Below are positions 23,898-36,040 of a stretch of 64,000 nucleotides of DNA, piece after piece. Below the pieces are notes generated by a model that was not told where the DNA came from, ran no database searches, and saw nothing but the letters and a program-made list of their open reading frames with translations. Source of the DNA: Podospora anserina (taxonomy: Eukaryota); assembly GCA_017654855.1 (NCBI GenBank), contig CM030335.1, forward strand, positions 3,162,001 through 3,226,000, written 5' to 3'. The stretch's first letter is position 1, and the number at the start of each line of letters is the position of its first letter. Both the position numbers and the translations under genes were made by a program.

Positions 23898-26005
23898 GAC
23901 CACCATTACCGGCGCCAAGCTTCGATGAGACGTCTGAAGAAGAGGAGGAGCAGGAGGAAGCTCCAAGGTGGGGGAGTGGACCAGGGCAACGGCTGGTCTT
24001 CCTTGCAGCTGTATAAACGTCTACGGCCATGGAGTGTCGCCGTATCCAGACCGGTACCTTTACAACAGAAGCCACCCCACAATGATATCGGCAAGAAGAA
24101 TGGCCACATTTCTCGACACTGTTGCTATCGCTGCTGCCCTGCTTTTTATGAGTAGGCGGTTTTGTCTTTATACTGGCGCCTTGAGGGTAGAAAGGGTTAG
24201 AATATGTGTATTATCACCACTCAAGCTCCATATTTTTCCTTCCCAGTGTCTCAAAAAGAAGAAAGGTTTGGGTGGTGGTTCGGGAAAGGGTGGCTTATTT
24301 TCTTTCTGGGGAGAGAAGGGGGGGGTTCTCTTTTCGTATCATATTTGTATGTTTCGAACAATGGTAGTGTCCTTTATTTTTGTTTTTCCTTCTGTGTTTG
24401 GTAGTTTGAATGCTCTAGCATAGCATAGCCTGGGTTTTGGGATTTTGGGATGGGGGAAAGGGAGGTATATGGGGGAAGGGTGTTGAGGGGTGAGGGGGTG
24501 GGACGATATGATATCTCTGAGAGAAATATAAGCAATTATGAAATGAAGATTACCTGAGCTACTGAGGTCATGATGACTGAGTATCACGTCGTGGAAGTGG
24601 CTAACTAGCTACCTTATAAAGCATTGGGGAGTCTCAGTCAAGGCTGATGATACCACAGTTGAGGTTCAGTGGCCCATCCTTTAGCCCACACTGCCTTCCG
24701 TCATCCGCCTGGTGTGGAAGTCTATCATCTTGCTCACAAGGTGACAAATTTTGTCAGATGGGTTTTAAGCTGCAGCCCTCAAGCCATCCAGCGGGTCTTT
24801 TGAAACGCCACAATCTAGAGTCCGCAAGCATTCCATTCCTTTCCCGATGGTTCTGGTGGATGCCCGGTATGGGTATTTTGTTCTATGGCGCAGAGCTGCA
24901 ACATACAAAGCCCTAACTAACGTGTTGCCTTCCCACAAGTGCTCCATATCTGCATTCGTATTCTCTTTTTGTCCCTGTAACCTTGCAGACGCTCTCAAGA
25001 TGCCCGATATCCTCAAATGGATCACGATCGACGAAGTCCATCTTTTCGAGCACTGCACTGTTGAACAGCGCCGCACCTGTTGTCATCTCTTTCCCAGCAT
25101 GCCAAGAACGCTCGTGGTTCAACTTGATCGTCTCGCAACCTATGACATCCCAAACCCGAAAACTGTTTCTCTTCAACAACCATGAGAAGTAACGATGAGC
25201 TCTCCGGCCTGCGGAAATCCCCGACTGGGTATGTTGCGTCATGCCCCCATATAGCGGCCACCACAATGGTCCACGCCTGCTTAGGGCCGGCCCGGGCCTT
25301 CACCCCCGGAACTCGGAACTGGAAGTCAATTCCTGCCACCCCTTTAAAACAAGAGTCACCCGGTAAAGATGATACCGGATGATTTCTTCTCCAGCACGGC
25401 CATCATGTCATGTCTCGAGTTATCTGTGTGGTTTTTCCCCTAATGTACATAACCAGGAGGCTAGGAGTACGGTGTAAGATCAAGTACCTAAGGTATATAG
25501 TTGCAACAACCGGCAGACAAGTCGCGATTTCCCCGAGCACCGACGACCCGAGAAAGAGAAGGCACGATTCACGAGATTGGAGACGGGGTGATAGGTAAGA
25601 TGAGTAAGAGCTGGGCCCGACGGCAGGTGGCTCCTGTCTCCCATTTTCTTTGATTTTCCCGGACCGAAAAACTCGGCCAACTTCTCACGGTTGAGAGAAA
25701 CACGTCTCTGACAATTACAGAATTCTTTTTACCCATACATCGGCTAGTCTTACATAGGTTCTCAACGACAGGCCTCGCCGCCACCGACTTCCGAAACTCT
25801 CCCCCGAATCAACGTTGGACTTGGGCGAAACTACGCAGACCATCCGAGAATGGAACACAATAGCCGCAGTGGCTACGGCGAGAATGGAAGATGGAAGACA
25901 TACTCGACTAACGGTGGATATGGCCCTGGTGGGCTCTTCAGAGGATCACTCCACGTAAGTTGGACTTTGATGGATGGACGCTGTGATGGATGGCTGTCAG
26001 TCAAG

Positions 26006-26053
26006 CCTGGCAACAACCCTGGCAACAACCCTGGCAACAACCCTGGCAACCCT
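26006..26053 (+). repeat. 12-bp tandem repeat CCTGGCAACAAC, about 4 copies (PGNN linker-like), intergenic
   Basis: Three perfect copies plus a partial copy. Confidence 0.9.
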
Positions 26054-26482
26054 GTCACCCCGCCGAGGCCCAATGGCGCTAGTACCCAATTGGACGCGAC
26101 ACAAACCAAACGGGGTCCTTCCCCTGGCGCAGGCGGCAGGCTGTTGAAGCTGCCAGTGCAGACAGAGAGAGCGAGCTGGACCAAATTTCCAACACCTCAC
26201 TCGGCCTTCCCGCAACACAACTGAACAGCAAGTCGCTGCAGAGGTCTTCTCCCCTTCTTGATACCCAATTCCTGGCCGCGCCAGCTCCCGTCGATTTGAC
26301 CTCCTGCTTCACTCCCCAACCCCGGCTCCAGCTGCGATTCGCCCGACGCTGTGTTTTCCTTCAGCTTCCGACTCCGACTGCTGATCAGCCAGCAACGGCA
26401 GGAACCCCATCCAACACCGCCAGCACCCGACGACGGTATCCCTCACTACTCTTACGTCCCCTCGCTGGCTTTCGCTCTAGCC

Positions 26483-28785
26483 ATGGCTTCTGTGAGCTGC
26501 CCTCCTCCTCTTCCTGCGATCGAGATGACTGCTGCGACTCGGTCCCCACCCAACGTCATCGCGATTGCGAGCATCGACTTGCGCTTGGTCGAGCTCCCAC
26601 TGGAACGACTGCCTTGGCTGCCATGATTGTGTGCTTCTCTTGCTGCGAATGCTGACTGTTCTCTCCAGCAGCAACCGCGTCCGTATGGTCAGGGCGGCTA
26701 CCTGCCAAACGGCGCCGTGCCACCTCACCCAGCTCCTCTCCCCGGAGCTCAACCTCTCCTTCCCAACCAGGGCCGTATTGTTCAGACCGGCCCCAACAGA
26801 ATTCTTTGCATCGCTGATGTGCGAGGTATGTCGGGGAAACACAAACCTGCCAGCATAGATGGGGTTGCATGCTGACCACGGCTCTTTTTAGGCAACCTCC
26901 AGTCCCTGAACGACCTTGCCCGTTCTGCCCGTGCCGACTTTATCATTCACACTGGTGACTTTGGCTTCTACGACGAAACATCTCTGGAGCGCATTGCGGA
27001 TAAGTCAGTTGGCTTTGGTGGTTTGTTGATTGGACATGTACTGACTTTGACACGCTTAGGACCCTAAAGCATGTCGCCCAGTATTCCCCCCTCATTTCGG
27101 AGCCAGTCAAGAAGGCGATTGCGGCAGGTGGCGCCGGCCCTGTCAAGTCACGATTCCAAGCTTCCGAACTGCCCCTGTCCGAACTCCCTCAGCTCATCAC
27201 CGGTGAGCTCAAGCTCGATGTCCCGGTCTACACCGTCTGGGGCGCGTGCGAAGATGTCCGCGTGTTGGAAAAGTTCCGGTCCAAGGAGTACAAGGTCCCC
27301 AATCTCTTCATTATTGATGAAGCTCAGTCCATGCTGCTCGAGTGCTCGGGCGTCAAGCTCCGTCTTCTCGGCCTTGGCGGAGCTGTGGTAATGCACAAAC
27401 TCTTCGACAACGGCGAGGGCCGCACCACCATCGCTGGCGGCCAGGGTACTATGTGGACCACGCTTTTGCAGATGGGCGAGTTGGTAGACACGGCCAACCG
27501 TGTCTATGACCCTACCGAGACTCGCGTGTTCATCACACACGCCTCGCCCGCCCGCGAAGGCATTCTCAACCAGCTCTCGGTGGTTCTCAAGGCAGATTTC
27601 TCCATTTCGGCTGGCCTGCATTTCCGCTATGGTAGTTCGTACAACGAGTTCAGCGTCAACCCGAGTCTGGACCACTACCGCGGCAAGCTTGCCGCTTCCA
27701 AGGCTTCGTTCAACGATGTTTGGGATACCGTGAGGGCCGAGGTCGAGCCCGCGATTCAGCAGAACGACGCCCAGCAGACGTTGCTCAAGAACGCGCTCAG
27801 CGTAGTGGAAAAGATGCCTACCATGGCTGCCGGTGGCAACCCCTTCGGTGGTGTTCCTGCCAACGCTCCTGGTGCCGGTCAGGTCGACGAAAGCGCATTC
27901 AAAAACATGTGGAATTTCAACCTAGCTGATGCGGCATTCGGCTGGCTCGTACTGGAGATTCAGGATGGCAGAATCGGGACTGAGATGCGCGCTCAGGGAT
28001 TTAACTTCTCTCACCGTGGGGCCAAGCAGCAGCCCGGCGCTCAGCCAGCTGCCGCGGCCACCGGCCACAGCCCTGTCAATCCTCCTCCTGCGGCTCCCTC
28101 TCAGCCCGCCCCCTCGGCTGCTCCGGCGGTCCCAGCCGTGAAGCCCGTCGTCCCTTCACCTGTCCCCGTGCCTACCAAGCCCGCCACCCCAGTCCCGGTT
28201 CCTTCGGCCTCCCCAGCACCCAAAGAGGAGAAGCCTGCCGCCGCCGCTTCTAACGGAGCTTCTGGTGAGCCATCGGCGCCCCGCAGTTCTGCCGAAAACA
28301 CCATCGGTTTGTTCATTATGAACGCCCAGAGCGAGGATCAGATTCGTGATCTGTTTTCCGAGGAGGACAAGGCCAAGATTGTCAGGATTGAGAAGTGGGG
28401 CCAGAACAAAGTTGCTCACTTCAAGACGACCGAGGATCGCGATGACGCCCTGAACCGTCTCCCAGACGATGTCAAGAACCGTGCTCCCGGTCAAGAAGAT
28501 AGATCAAAGCCTTTGGTCAAGATCTTCCAGGCCCCTGCTGCTCGAGGGTCTTTCCGTGGTGGTGCGGGCAACTGGGGCAGCAGCCGTGGTGGTAGAGATT
28601 CTGGAAACGTCCAGAGCGGCTACAGAAGTGCCGGCGGCGGTGCCAGTGACAGTGAGGGTGCTGGTCGCGGCCGTGGACGTGGTGGCAGCCGTGGCGGTAG
28701 AGGTGGTGAACGGGGCGGTCGTGGTAGGGGTGGTCGGGGCGGCCCGAAGGAGGGGGGGGCCAGTGGGGCGGGAGAGGCCCAGTAA
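26483..28785 (+). CDS. Conserved fungal DUF2433-like protein: calcineurin-like phosphoesterase fold, Pro-rich linker, RRM-like segment and RGG tail
   Basis: Exons 26483-26491, 26669-26825, 26892-27003 and 27060-28785 joined by canonical introns. Motifs ILCIADVRG, IIHTGDFGFYD, VWGACED, FITHASPARE, SAGLHFRYG, MWNFNLADAAFG; ends in RGG repeats. Confidence 0.85.
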
Positions 28786-29777
28786 ATGTACGAGGATTAA
28801 GAGACGAACTTTTGTAATCTTGGTGTTTGATTTGGGGGTGGTGTCATGGCTCTCGGTGGTGGGTGGTGGGAAAATACAGCGGAAGAAAAGGGGGTGGGTG
28901 TTATTTTACGGAGCGAGTTTTGGCTTGCTGTAACCAACCTTTTTTTTTTTTTCTCAAGAAGTAGTGTTGTGCTTTGTGTTGTGTGATGTGCCACGTTGCG
29001 TGTTTTGCTTTTGCTGCGATTACCACGATGACCTCTTGCCTGAGTGTGAGTGGTTTTAGACTTGTTGCTTTTCTTTTCGATGACGAAGGGGAGGGAAATA
29101 CACGGAGATGGTACTTGAGATTTGATTTGAGTTGTTTCTTTGGCACAGAACGGGGATGGGTGGATGGGAAAAAGAAAATGATTTGCGTCTTTCGAGTCTT
29201 CTTTTCTTCACTTTATGAGAAATAATTTGATGGTGTTTTTTTTTTCTTTCTGTATGTAATTGTCTTGAGGTAGATATGGGGTCACGGACAAATGTAGGTA
29301 ATCGAGTTGTTTGTCCGTTTTTGGGGGAAGGGTTTGTTGATGTGCATGTGAGATGGGTGGTGTGAGCTGTGATATGATGTGTAGGGGTGGTGTGGGCGAT
29401 GATGATGATGGTGAGTATGGTAGGTTAAAACATGAAATTAAGTTTGTCTGTGTCAAGAGATATATCCCGTGAGGTCAACAAGAGAGCTGTCGTGGCTTGT
29501 GCAGATTGCCTTGAGCTCATGTCTGTAGGTGTGTCTGATGTTTAATGCCCACATTGGTGTACACCAGCAGTCTTCATTTTCGATGTTTCGAGTCCACCGC
29601 AGAACCCAGCAACACCAAGTTACGCAAATTCTTTCTTCTGGGTGCTCTTTACTCTATTACCCCATCCCGACCGAACGACCAAATGTATTCCCCCCATCCC
29701 CCCCCCCACCCCCAACATCAAATCGATATACACTATTATACATATAATACAGCCCTTTCCCCCTTTTCCTCCCCCCC

Positions 29778-30833
29778 CTACTCCCTAGGCTTCATCCCCC
29801 TATGAATAGCCGCCACCCCCCCCGTCAAATCCTCCCACCCACCATCCCCACTCACCCTGAACCCCGCCCCCTTTATCAGATCCCTAAACTCCTCCTGTCT
29901 GGGAAACCGCTCAATGCTCTCGACCAGATACTGGTAGCTATCCCTATCCCCCGCCACCAGCTGCCCAATCAACGGAATCGCCCGGAAGCTCCACTCCTTG
30001 TACACACTGTTAAACAACGGGTGCTTGTCCGCCTTGGAGAACTCAAGACAGGCAAACACCCCCCCCGGCTTGAGCACCCTGTACGCCTCCGCCAGCGCGG
30101 CGGGAATATCGCTAAAGTTCCTGATCCCAAACGCGACGGTGTATAAGTCAACTGAATCATCTTCCAACCCCGATGTGGCGGTCGCGGGATCGAAAAAAGT
30201 CTGTTCGGTCTGGGAGAGGATGGGGGTCAAAGGCCGGGTTTTGCGCAAGTCTTCGGCGTTGGCCTCGACGAAGCTGAGCGCGGCTTGCTGGCTTGCTGGG
30301 AGGGCGGCAGATCGGGATTTTCCGACCGAGAGCATGGCGCGGTTGATGTCTGAGATGGTGACCTTGACGTTGGGGTTGGAGTTGACGGTGTGGGCGTGGT
30401 GGAGGAGGCGGAAGGCGATGTCGCCTGTGCCGCCGGCGATGTCCAAGATGTGCTGGGGGGAGGTAGGGGAGGTGGAAGAAAGGGGGGAGAAGCCCGGGTT
30501 GAGGGTCGAGACGAAGTGGTCTTTCCAGATGCGGTGCCAGCCGAAGGACATGAGGTCGTTCATTTTGTCGTACGAGTCTGCCACGGACGTGAAGACGGAG
30601 GCGACGAGGGCGCGTTTTTGGGAGGTGGTCACGGTGGAGAAGCCGAAGTGGGTTTCTTCGTCTGAGGGGGTGGTGGGTTGGGTATCATTACGGTGGGAGG
30701 GGGTGGTGGACAGAGATCGTCGTGATGTTGGTACATGGTGGTGACATTGTGGTTGTTGTTGGCGGGGGAGAAATGTGCTGCTGCGGAGGGAGGGGAGTGC
30801 CCTTTTGAGAGCCGGTCGGGCAGCGGCGGCCAT
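29778..30833 (-). CDS. COQ5: Mitochondrial ubiquinone biosynthesis C-methyltransferase (UbiE/Coq5)
   Basis: THFGF, VFTSVADSYDKMNDLMSFGWHRIWK, LDIAGGTGDIAFR, YTVAFGIRN, SYQYLVESIERFP. Arg/Ser-rich presequence from ATG 30833. Confidence 0.96.
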   Translation of the reverse strand: MAAAARPALKRALPSLRSSTFLPRQQQPQCHHHVPTSRRSLSTTPSHRNDTQPTTPSDEETHFGFSTVTTSQKRALVASVFTSVADSYDKMNDLMSFGWHRIWKDHFVSTLNPGFSPLSSTSPTSPQHILDIAGGTGDIAFRLLHHAHTVNSNPNVKVTISDINRAMLSVGKSRSAALPASQQAALSFVEANAEDLRKTRPLTPILSQTEQTFFDPATATSGLEDDSVDLYTVAFGIRNFSDIPAALAEAYRVLKPGGVFACLEFSKADKHPLFNSVYKEWSFRAIPLIGQLVAGDRDSYQYLVESIERFPRQEEFRDLIKGAGFRVSGDGGWEDLTGGVAAIHRGMKPRE

Positions 30834-31195
30834 TGTGACGAATAGGAATGGCTGACCGGAAGGGCGTAGGGAGGAGGTCTGGAGAGGGTGGACGGTAAGC
30901 TTCGAGATCAAACAGAAAGACAGCTCGGATGCGGGCGTCGTGGACTTCGGGACGGAGAGGCTGCGAAATTTCGGACGGGGCCGGAGAATTGTGGCTGGTG
31001 GAGCTGGTTCGAGTGGCTTGTGAAAACCACTTGAGAAAACCCACCAACCCCACCATGGTTCTTCAGCCTTGTGGGGATCGTGCGGGGATCGCCCAGCCGG
31101 CCCCACCGTTCCGTATCTTGGCGTTCCTCCGCCTCACATCGACATCCACTTCACTCTGGGGTGCAGAGTATCATCATGGGAAGAAACTTACATGA

Positions 31196-31546
31196 TTAAA
31201 CCGCCGAGTAAGAATCGGCAGTCTTGGCTCGACTGACCGAGGAGCTAGGAGCTATGGTCGAAGGAGCTGTGGAAGGAACAGTCGTGCGCTTTGAAGAGAT
31301 GCAAGTCGTGCACTTGGTGGTCGCCTTGGTAGCGGTTGTACACTTTGAGGACTCGTTAATGGTCGACTTTGGCCGTCTGTGAGCAGCTGCTCTGGACTCG
31401 GCCAACTCGATCGCCCTGGCATTCCGATGCTCCGCGATATTCTGAGCCCACTTCTGGGGCAGCTTGAGACAAAACAGGGCGATAAACATGGTGACGAAGA
31501 AGCAGACCAAGACTGCGATCAGGACTTTGCTCGCTCCGGAAGTCAT
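31196..31546 (-). CDS. Small orphan protein (116 aa) with one N-terminal transmembrane helix and a Ser/Thr-rich tail
   Basis: Good start context (caaaATGA); hydrophobic stretch VLIAVLVCFFVTMFIALFCL followed by a basic segment. No family recognised. Confidence 0.55.
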   Translation of the reverse strand: MTSGASKVLIAVLVCFFVTMFIALFCLKLPQKWAQNIAEHRNARAIELAESRAAAHRRPKSTINESSKCTTATKATTKCTTCISSKRTTVPSTAPSTIAPSSSVSRAKTADSYSAV

Positions 31547-31842
31547 TTTGACCCTTTAATCTTTTGGGTTGTGTTCTTCGATTTTTGCAGCTGTCCTGCC
31601 GTGTGGTCGATACTCTGATCTGAAGAGGGAATGGCAAGAGTGGGTGTCGAGGCGTTGGATAGCAGGAAAGCTGACAAGATCGGAAGCTTGATCGAAGAAA
31701 GACAGACACAGGTAGGCAACATGGTCGACAACATGTCCCGGGTGTCGAAGAAGACCAAAACACATTCACTTGGTCTGCCAGATCCACAAGGCCCGCAATA
31801 AACACAGTAAATTCACTTCGCCGGCTTTGCTTCCTGGCGACA

Positions 31843-33255
31843 CTATTGCTCCAAACTGGCCTTGCCTCCCTCAAACTCCCCAAAATCATACTCCTCTGGG
31901 TATCTATCAAGATGCTCGCTCAACTCCCTCATCTGCGCCTTCAAATCAGGTGTCAGCTCCTCATACACATCCTCAAACATGTTCTTGATCGCTGGCTTCT
32001 TCAGCTTCTCTGCCTCCGCAAAAGCCTTGAGTACATCCCTCCTGATGCTGTCTCTCGCTTCCTTCTCCTTTTGCTCGTCCCAGATCCCCTTGGACTCCAT
32101 CCACTTGCGCAACCGGGCAATGGGGTTATCTCTTCTCTTCCAGTCCTCGACCTCCACTCTGGCCCGGTACGCAAACGAATCATCCGAAGTGCTGTGGTGA
32201 CTGACCCGGTATGTCATGGCCTCAATCAACACGGGCTTTCCGCCATCCTGCAGCGCAAGCTCTCTTGCCTTCTTGGTGGCCTCTCTGACAGCCCAAAAGT
32301 CATTGCCATCCACGCGAATGGTCTCAATGCCGTAGCCCAACCCGCGACTAGCGATGCCGTCACCCCGGTATTGTTCCAACGACGGCGTCGAGATGGCATA
32401 GCCATTATTGCGGCAGATGAAGATGACCGGGCACGACCTCGTCGCGGCAATGTTCAGCGCGGCGTGGAAGTCGCCCTCACTAGCAGCCCCTTCGCCGAAG
32501 TAAGCCGCCACAACCCGAGGGGGCATCTCGGGGTTCTGCATCCTCTGGATCTTGAGCGCGTAGGCCGCGCCGGAGGCCTGGGGTAGTTGTGTCGCCAGTG
32601 GGGAGGAGATTGTGTGCTATTCGCCGTCGATGGTTAACATCAGAGCTCATCCATCATCACTCAGGAAAAGTAAACCTACAATATTCAGCTCCCTACTTCC
32701 ATAATGCACCGGCATATTCCTCCCCTTCCCGGGATCCTTCACATTCGCAAACAACTGGTTCATAAAGTCGCTCAGCTCGAAACCCCTCTGCTTGAACACT
32801 CCCTGCTCTCTGTACTGGCAGAAGACCACGTCGTCCTTTGTCAGCGCCGAAGCGGTAGCGACGCTAACGGCCTCTTCTCCAGCTGATACCATATAAAAGC
32901 TGAGTCGGCCTTGACGCTGCGCGTCAAACATGATCAGGTCCATGATGCTGACCGTCAGCATATCCTTGTAGTGCTTGATGACTTCCTCCTCTGTCATGTC
33001 AGGCTCGAAGTTGGGGTCCACCACCACACCATGCTGATCGATAGCGCGGTAGGTTGGTAGGGCGGGATAGTTGGAGGGGACCTCGTATTTCATGGTGTTA
33101 CTGAAGGGGGAGGTGAGCGCGCCGGGGAACTTGAGATGGGTGGAATCTGGGCGCTGGGAGAGGGAGGCGGCTGTTCGGCGGTGGACATGTTGGAGGGTTG
33201 TTGGTGATACCCTTACTGGGCGTCGGAGGAGGGAGGAGGGGCGGATTCGCTTCAT
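31843..33255 (-). CDS. BCKDHA: Branched-chain 2-oxoacid dehydrogenase E1 alpha subunit (mitochondrial)
   Basis: AQRQGRLSFYM, QYREQGV, KGRNMPVHYG, TPP motif YFGEGAASEGDFH...CRNNGYAIST, RVSHHSTSDDS. One intron, 32679-32617. Confidence 0.96.
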
Positions 33256-34314
33256 TTTTGGCTGGTTTAGGATGGGGAAAGGAGAGTTGATGAAGGTGAG
33301 GTTCGGGAGGAAAGAGTAAACAGATCACATTGCTGCCGTTGACACTGGAATCTGGCGGCGGGAGGTAGCAAGAGGAGGTGAGACGGGGAGGAACACCCGG
33401 CAGAGTGGACGGACGTCACTTGTGCCGACGCAAACCGGCGGCACCTGGCTTTCCCCAAGTCTTGGCTGTCAGGGGTAAACGCGGGGTTGGGGTTGGGGTT
33501 CCTTGCCCCGGTCTTGGTCTTGGCATGGATCTTTGACCGAGGTGAACAACTTCAAGTCTCAGCCCTCAGGACTCTTGAGAAGGAGATGGTTGATTTGGCA
33601 GGTCGTCGATTCCTTATTTACCACTGTCCCGATAAGCACAACCAACGTTCCCCAACGACAGAACGTACTCCGCATGGCCGGACCTGCCTAGTGTTGTGCT
33701 CAACTTGGTTGTGCTGTCGTTGACATGTCGTGTTCGGAGGTGAATGTTTAAGACTGATAAAGTCAACATTGTCTGGATGTCTTTTGAGGTTGTCTAAGGA
33801 TGTTGCCATGATTCGCTGTATTGTTCGTTCAATAAGGAGGCTGTACCCGCTAGGGACTCAAAAGATTGCCATGGAGGATTCCTCAGATATTGAGATATTG
33901 ATAGGGCCAACTTACAGCTTCGCTGCTAACACCTGTATCAGCAGCGCAGTTCCCAAACCAAAGTGTCAGACACCAGTTCATGGTTCCAGCCCATTGGAAG
34001 CTCGGGCTAGCTCACTCACGCCTTGCAGATGCTTATCATTTAGACATGGGCAGTCCATCAAATCACATCGCTCAATGTCCTCCACATCTCGTCTAAGCTG
34101 CAAGCCTTCCGGACAAACCCCCCACTGACTTTTGCCTCTGTTTTGATACGAACCATGCTCGGGGTTTCCCCAGCGCCCCGCATGAACAAAACAAGATGGA
34201 GATGTTTCCCTGCCTACATACTCCCCCTCCCCTCCATCCTCTCTCACTCTGGCCTTCGACTTGTTCCAAGGCACCTCCTCACCTCCCACCCTCGCCTCCC
34301 CACCAACCGCCAAA

Positions 34315-35129
34315 ATGAGGTTCACCCTCCCCCTCATCCACCTCCTCACCCTCACCACCGCCCTCCCCAGCACCTCCCCCGATGAAGACTCCCCCATCGA
34401 ACTCGCCAGCGGCGCCCTCGGCCGTCCCCCCCTCAACCTGACCACCGCCGACCACAACCTCACTCCCCGCGCCGAAGCAGCAGTCAGCAAACCCCCCAAA
34501 AAACACGAGTACAAAAACCCCTACGAGTACAACCACGGCGCCATCACCCCCGTCTACCCCTGGAAAGACGGCGACGGCCCCTGGCGCTGGGGCCGCGCGG
34601 GCAAGAGGTACTCCAAGCGCGGCTGCGGCGACACCTGCGTGGCAAAGTGCAGGACGAACAAGATTACCACGTTTTGGAGGCTGTTTCTCCATCCGTGGCC
34701 GCTGCTGCCGATAGTTTTGTCGCAGAGTCACAACAGAGCGGTGTGTCCCCTCACCCCTCAATCTGCTGTTGCGGAAGGCTGATGATGATGATGATGATGA
34801 TTGTGTTGGGCGGAGTTAGCGTCTCAAGTCTGATTGTAACTATGTTTGCAAGGTGGGTGTTTTTTTTTTCTTTTTTCCTTGTCTTTTCCACCACTTGAGA
34901 CCCCACCCCTGACAAACTCCAGGCCTTCTGCGACTACTCAGCCGACATGTCCGAAGGAGAACTGGCCTCCCACTTCGGTACCACCCTCTCCGTCCAGACA
35001 TCCAAGCACCACTCCGACTTCCACGACGACAACGACAGCAGTTGGACTACCTCCCCCTCCACCCTCCACCCCAACACCCTGCCCTACACCAACCGCACCG
35101 TCCGCTTCAGGGACGGGAAGCTTGTTTGA
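34315..35129 (+). CDS. Small secreted protein (221 aa) with dibasic KR sites and two CxxxCxxxC motifs
   Basis: Signal peptide MRFTLPLIHLLTLTTA. Exons 34315-34740, 34820-34852 and 34923-35129 (introns GTGTGT...TAG and GTGGGT...CCTGAC...CAG) join in frame: ...KRYSKRGCGDTCVAKC...RLKSDCNYVCKAFCDY... Confidence 0.75.
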
Positions 35130-36040
35130 TGCGGACGGGTGGGAGGTGACTTCTTCTTGAGTACCCACCTCAAGAGGTGCAGAAGTGGTATTTTGGTGAT
35201 GTTATGCTCTTGTCGATTACTAGACCGGCGCGGGGCAAGGGAGTTTTGTTTCATGGTTCAAGTCGGCGTTCAAGGATGGGGAAAGAAAAAAGAAAACCGG
35301 CCAGCGTTGGTGTTGCGGCGTTGGAGCAGTTTGGGGCCCGGGCAAAGCGAATGGATGGGAGGTGTTGTGTTTTATACCTAACCTGCTCCGGTGAATGTCC
35401 GGCCAATCCCTCCTTGTAGTTTCAGCTTCTTCTTCAATCGTCATCAAAACACATCAACTTTTGCTGCCAAAACCTACCGTACTTGTTGCCTGATAATTGG
35501 CCTGTGATCTTTTTGTGACCGGAAGCCACGTTAAACCTCCATTTCACATTCACACATTTATGTCGTAGGCTGATACAGCACGTCAATTAACCAGACTAGC
35601 AAGTCTAACTCATCCCCCCGCCATCCGGCATCCTCCCAGTCTAGTGTTAACATCAAAACAAGTACACAGCTAGCTATAAATTACACCCGCTGACATGGCT
35701 GCCAGGAGATGCAAAACCAAAATGAATCAGCGCAACAAGACTACAACTACTTCCACAAGAGCAATCTCCGCTGCTCCCTTCCCTCCCCGATGATAATATC
35801 TGCTCCGCTGAGCATTACCGCTTCAGTTTTGCCCTTCCCTTCTCTGTCTGCTTTCTCCTCCCCAATGCCCATCGCGCCGTCCATGCAGTGAACTTTATTC
35901 TGGGGACGCAACACAACCGAAATACCGATAAATTTGATACCGCCCACACGAAAAACAATGCAAGCCATCCCGTCAGTGCAACACCAAAACCCAAAAACTC
36001 AAAACAATACAGAACCGGACTCCGCCCCCTTTTTTGCCTT

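Noticed and set aside
26006..26053. Tandem repeats as a possible CRISPR-like array
   Set aside because: No spacers, eukaryotic context and no cas genes.
30834..31106. GTG-initiated extension of COQ5
   Set aside because: ATG 30833 already begins a typical mitochondrial presequence; the upstream frame looks like UTR.
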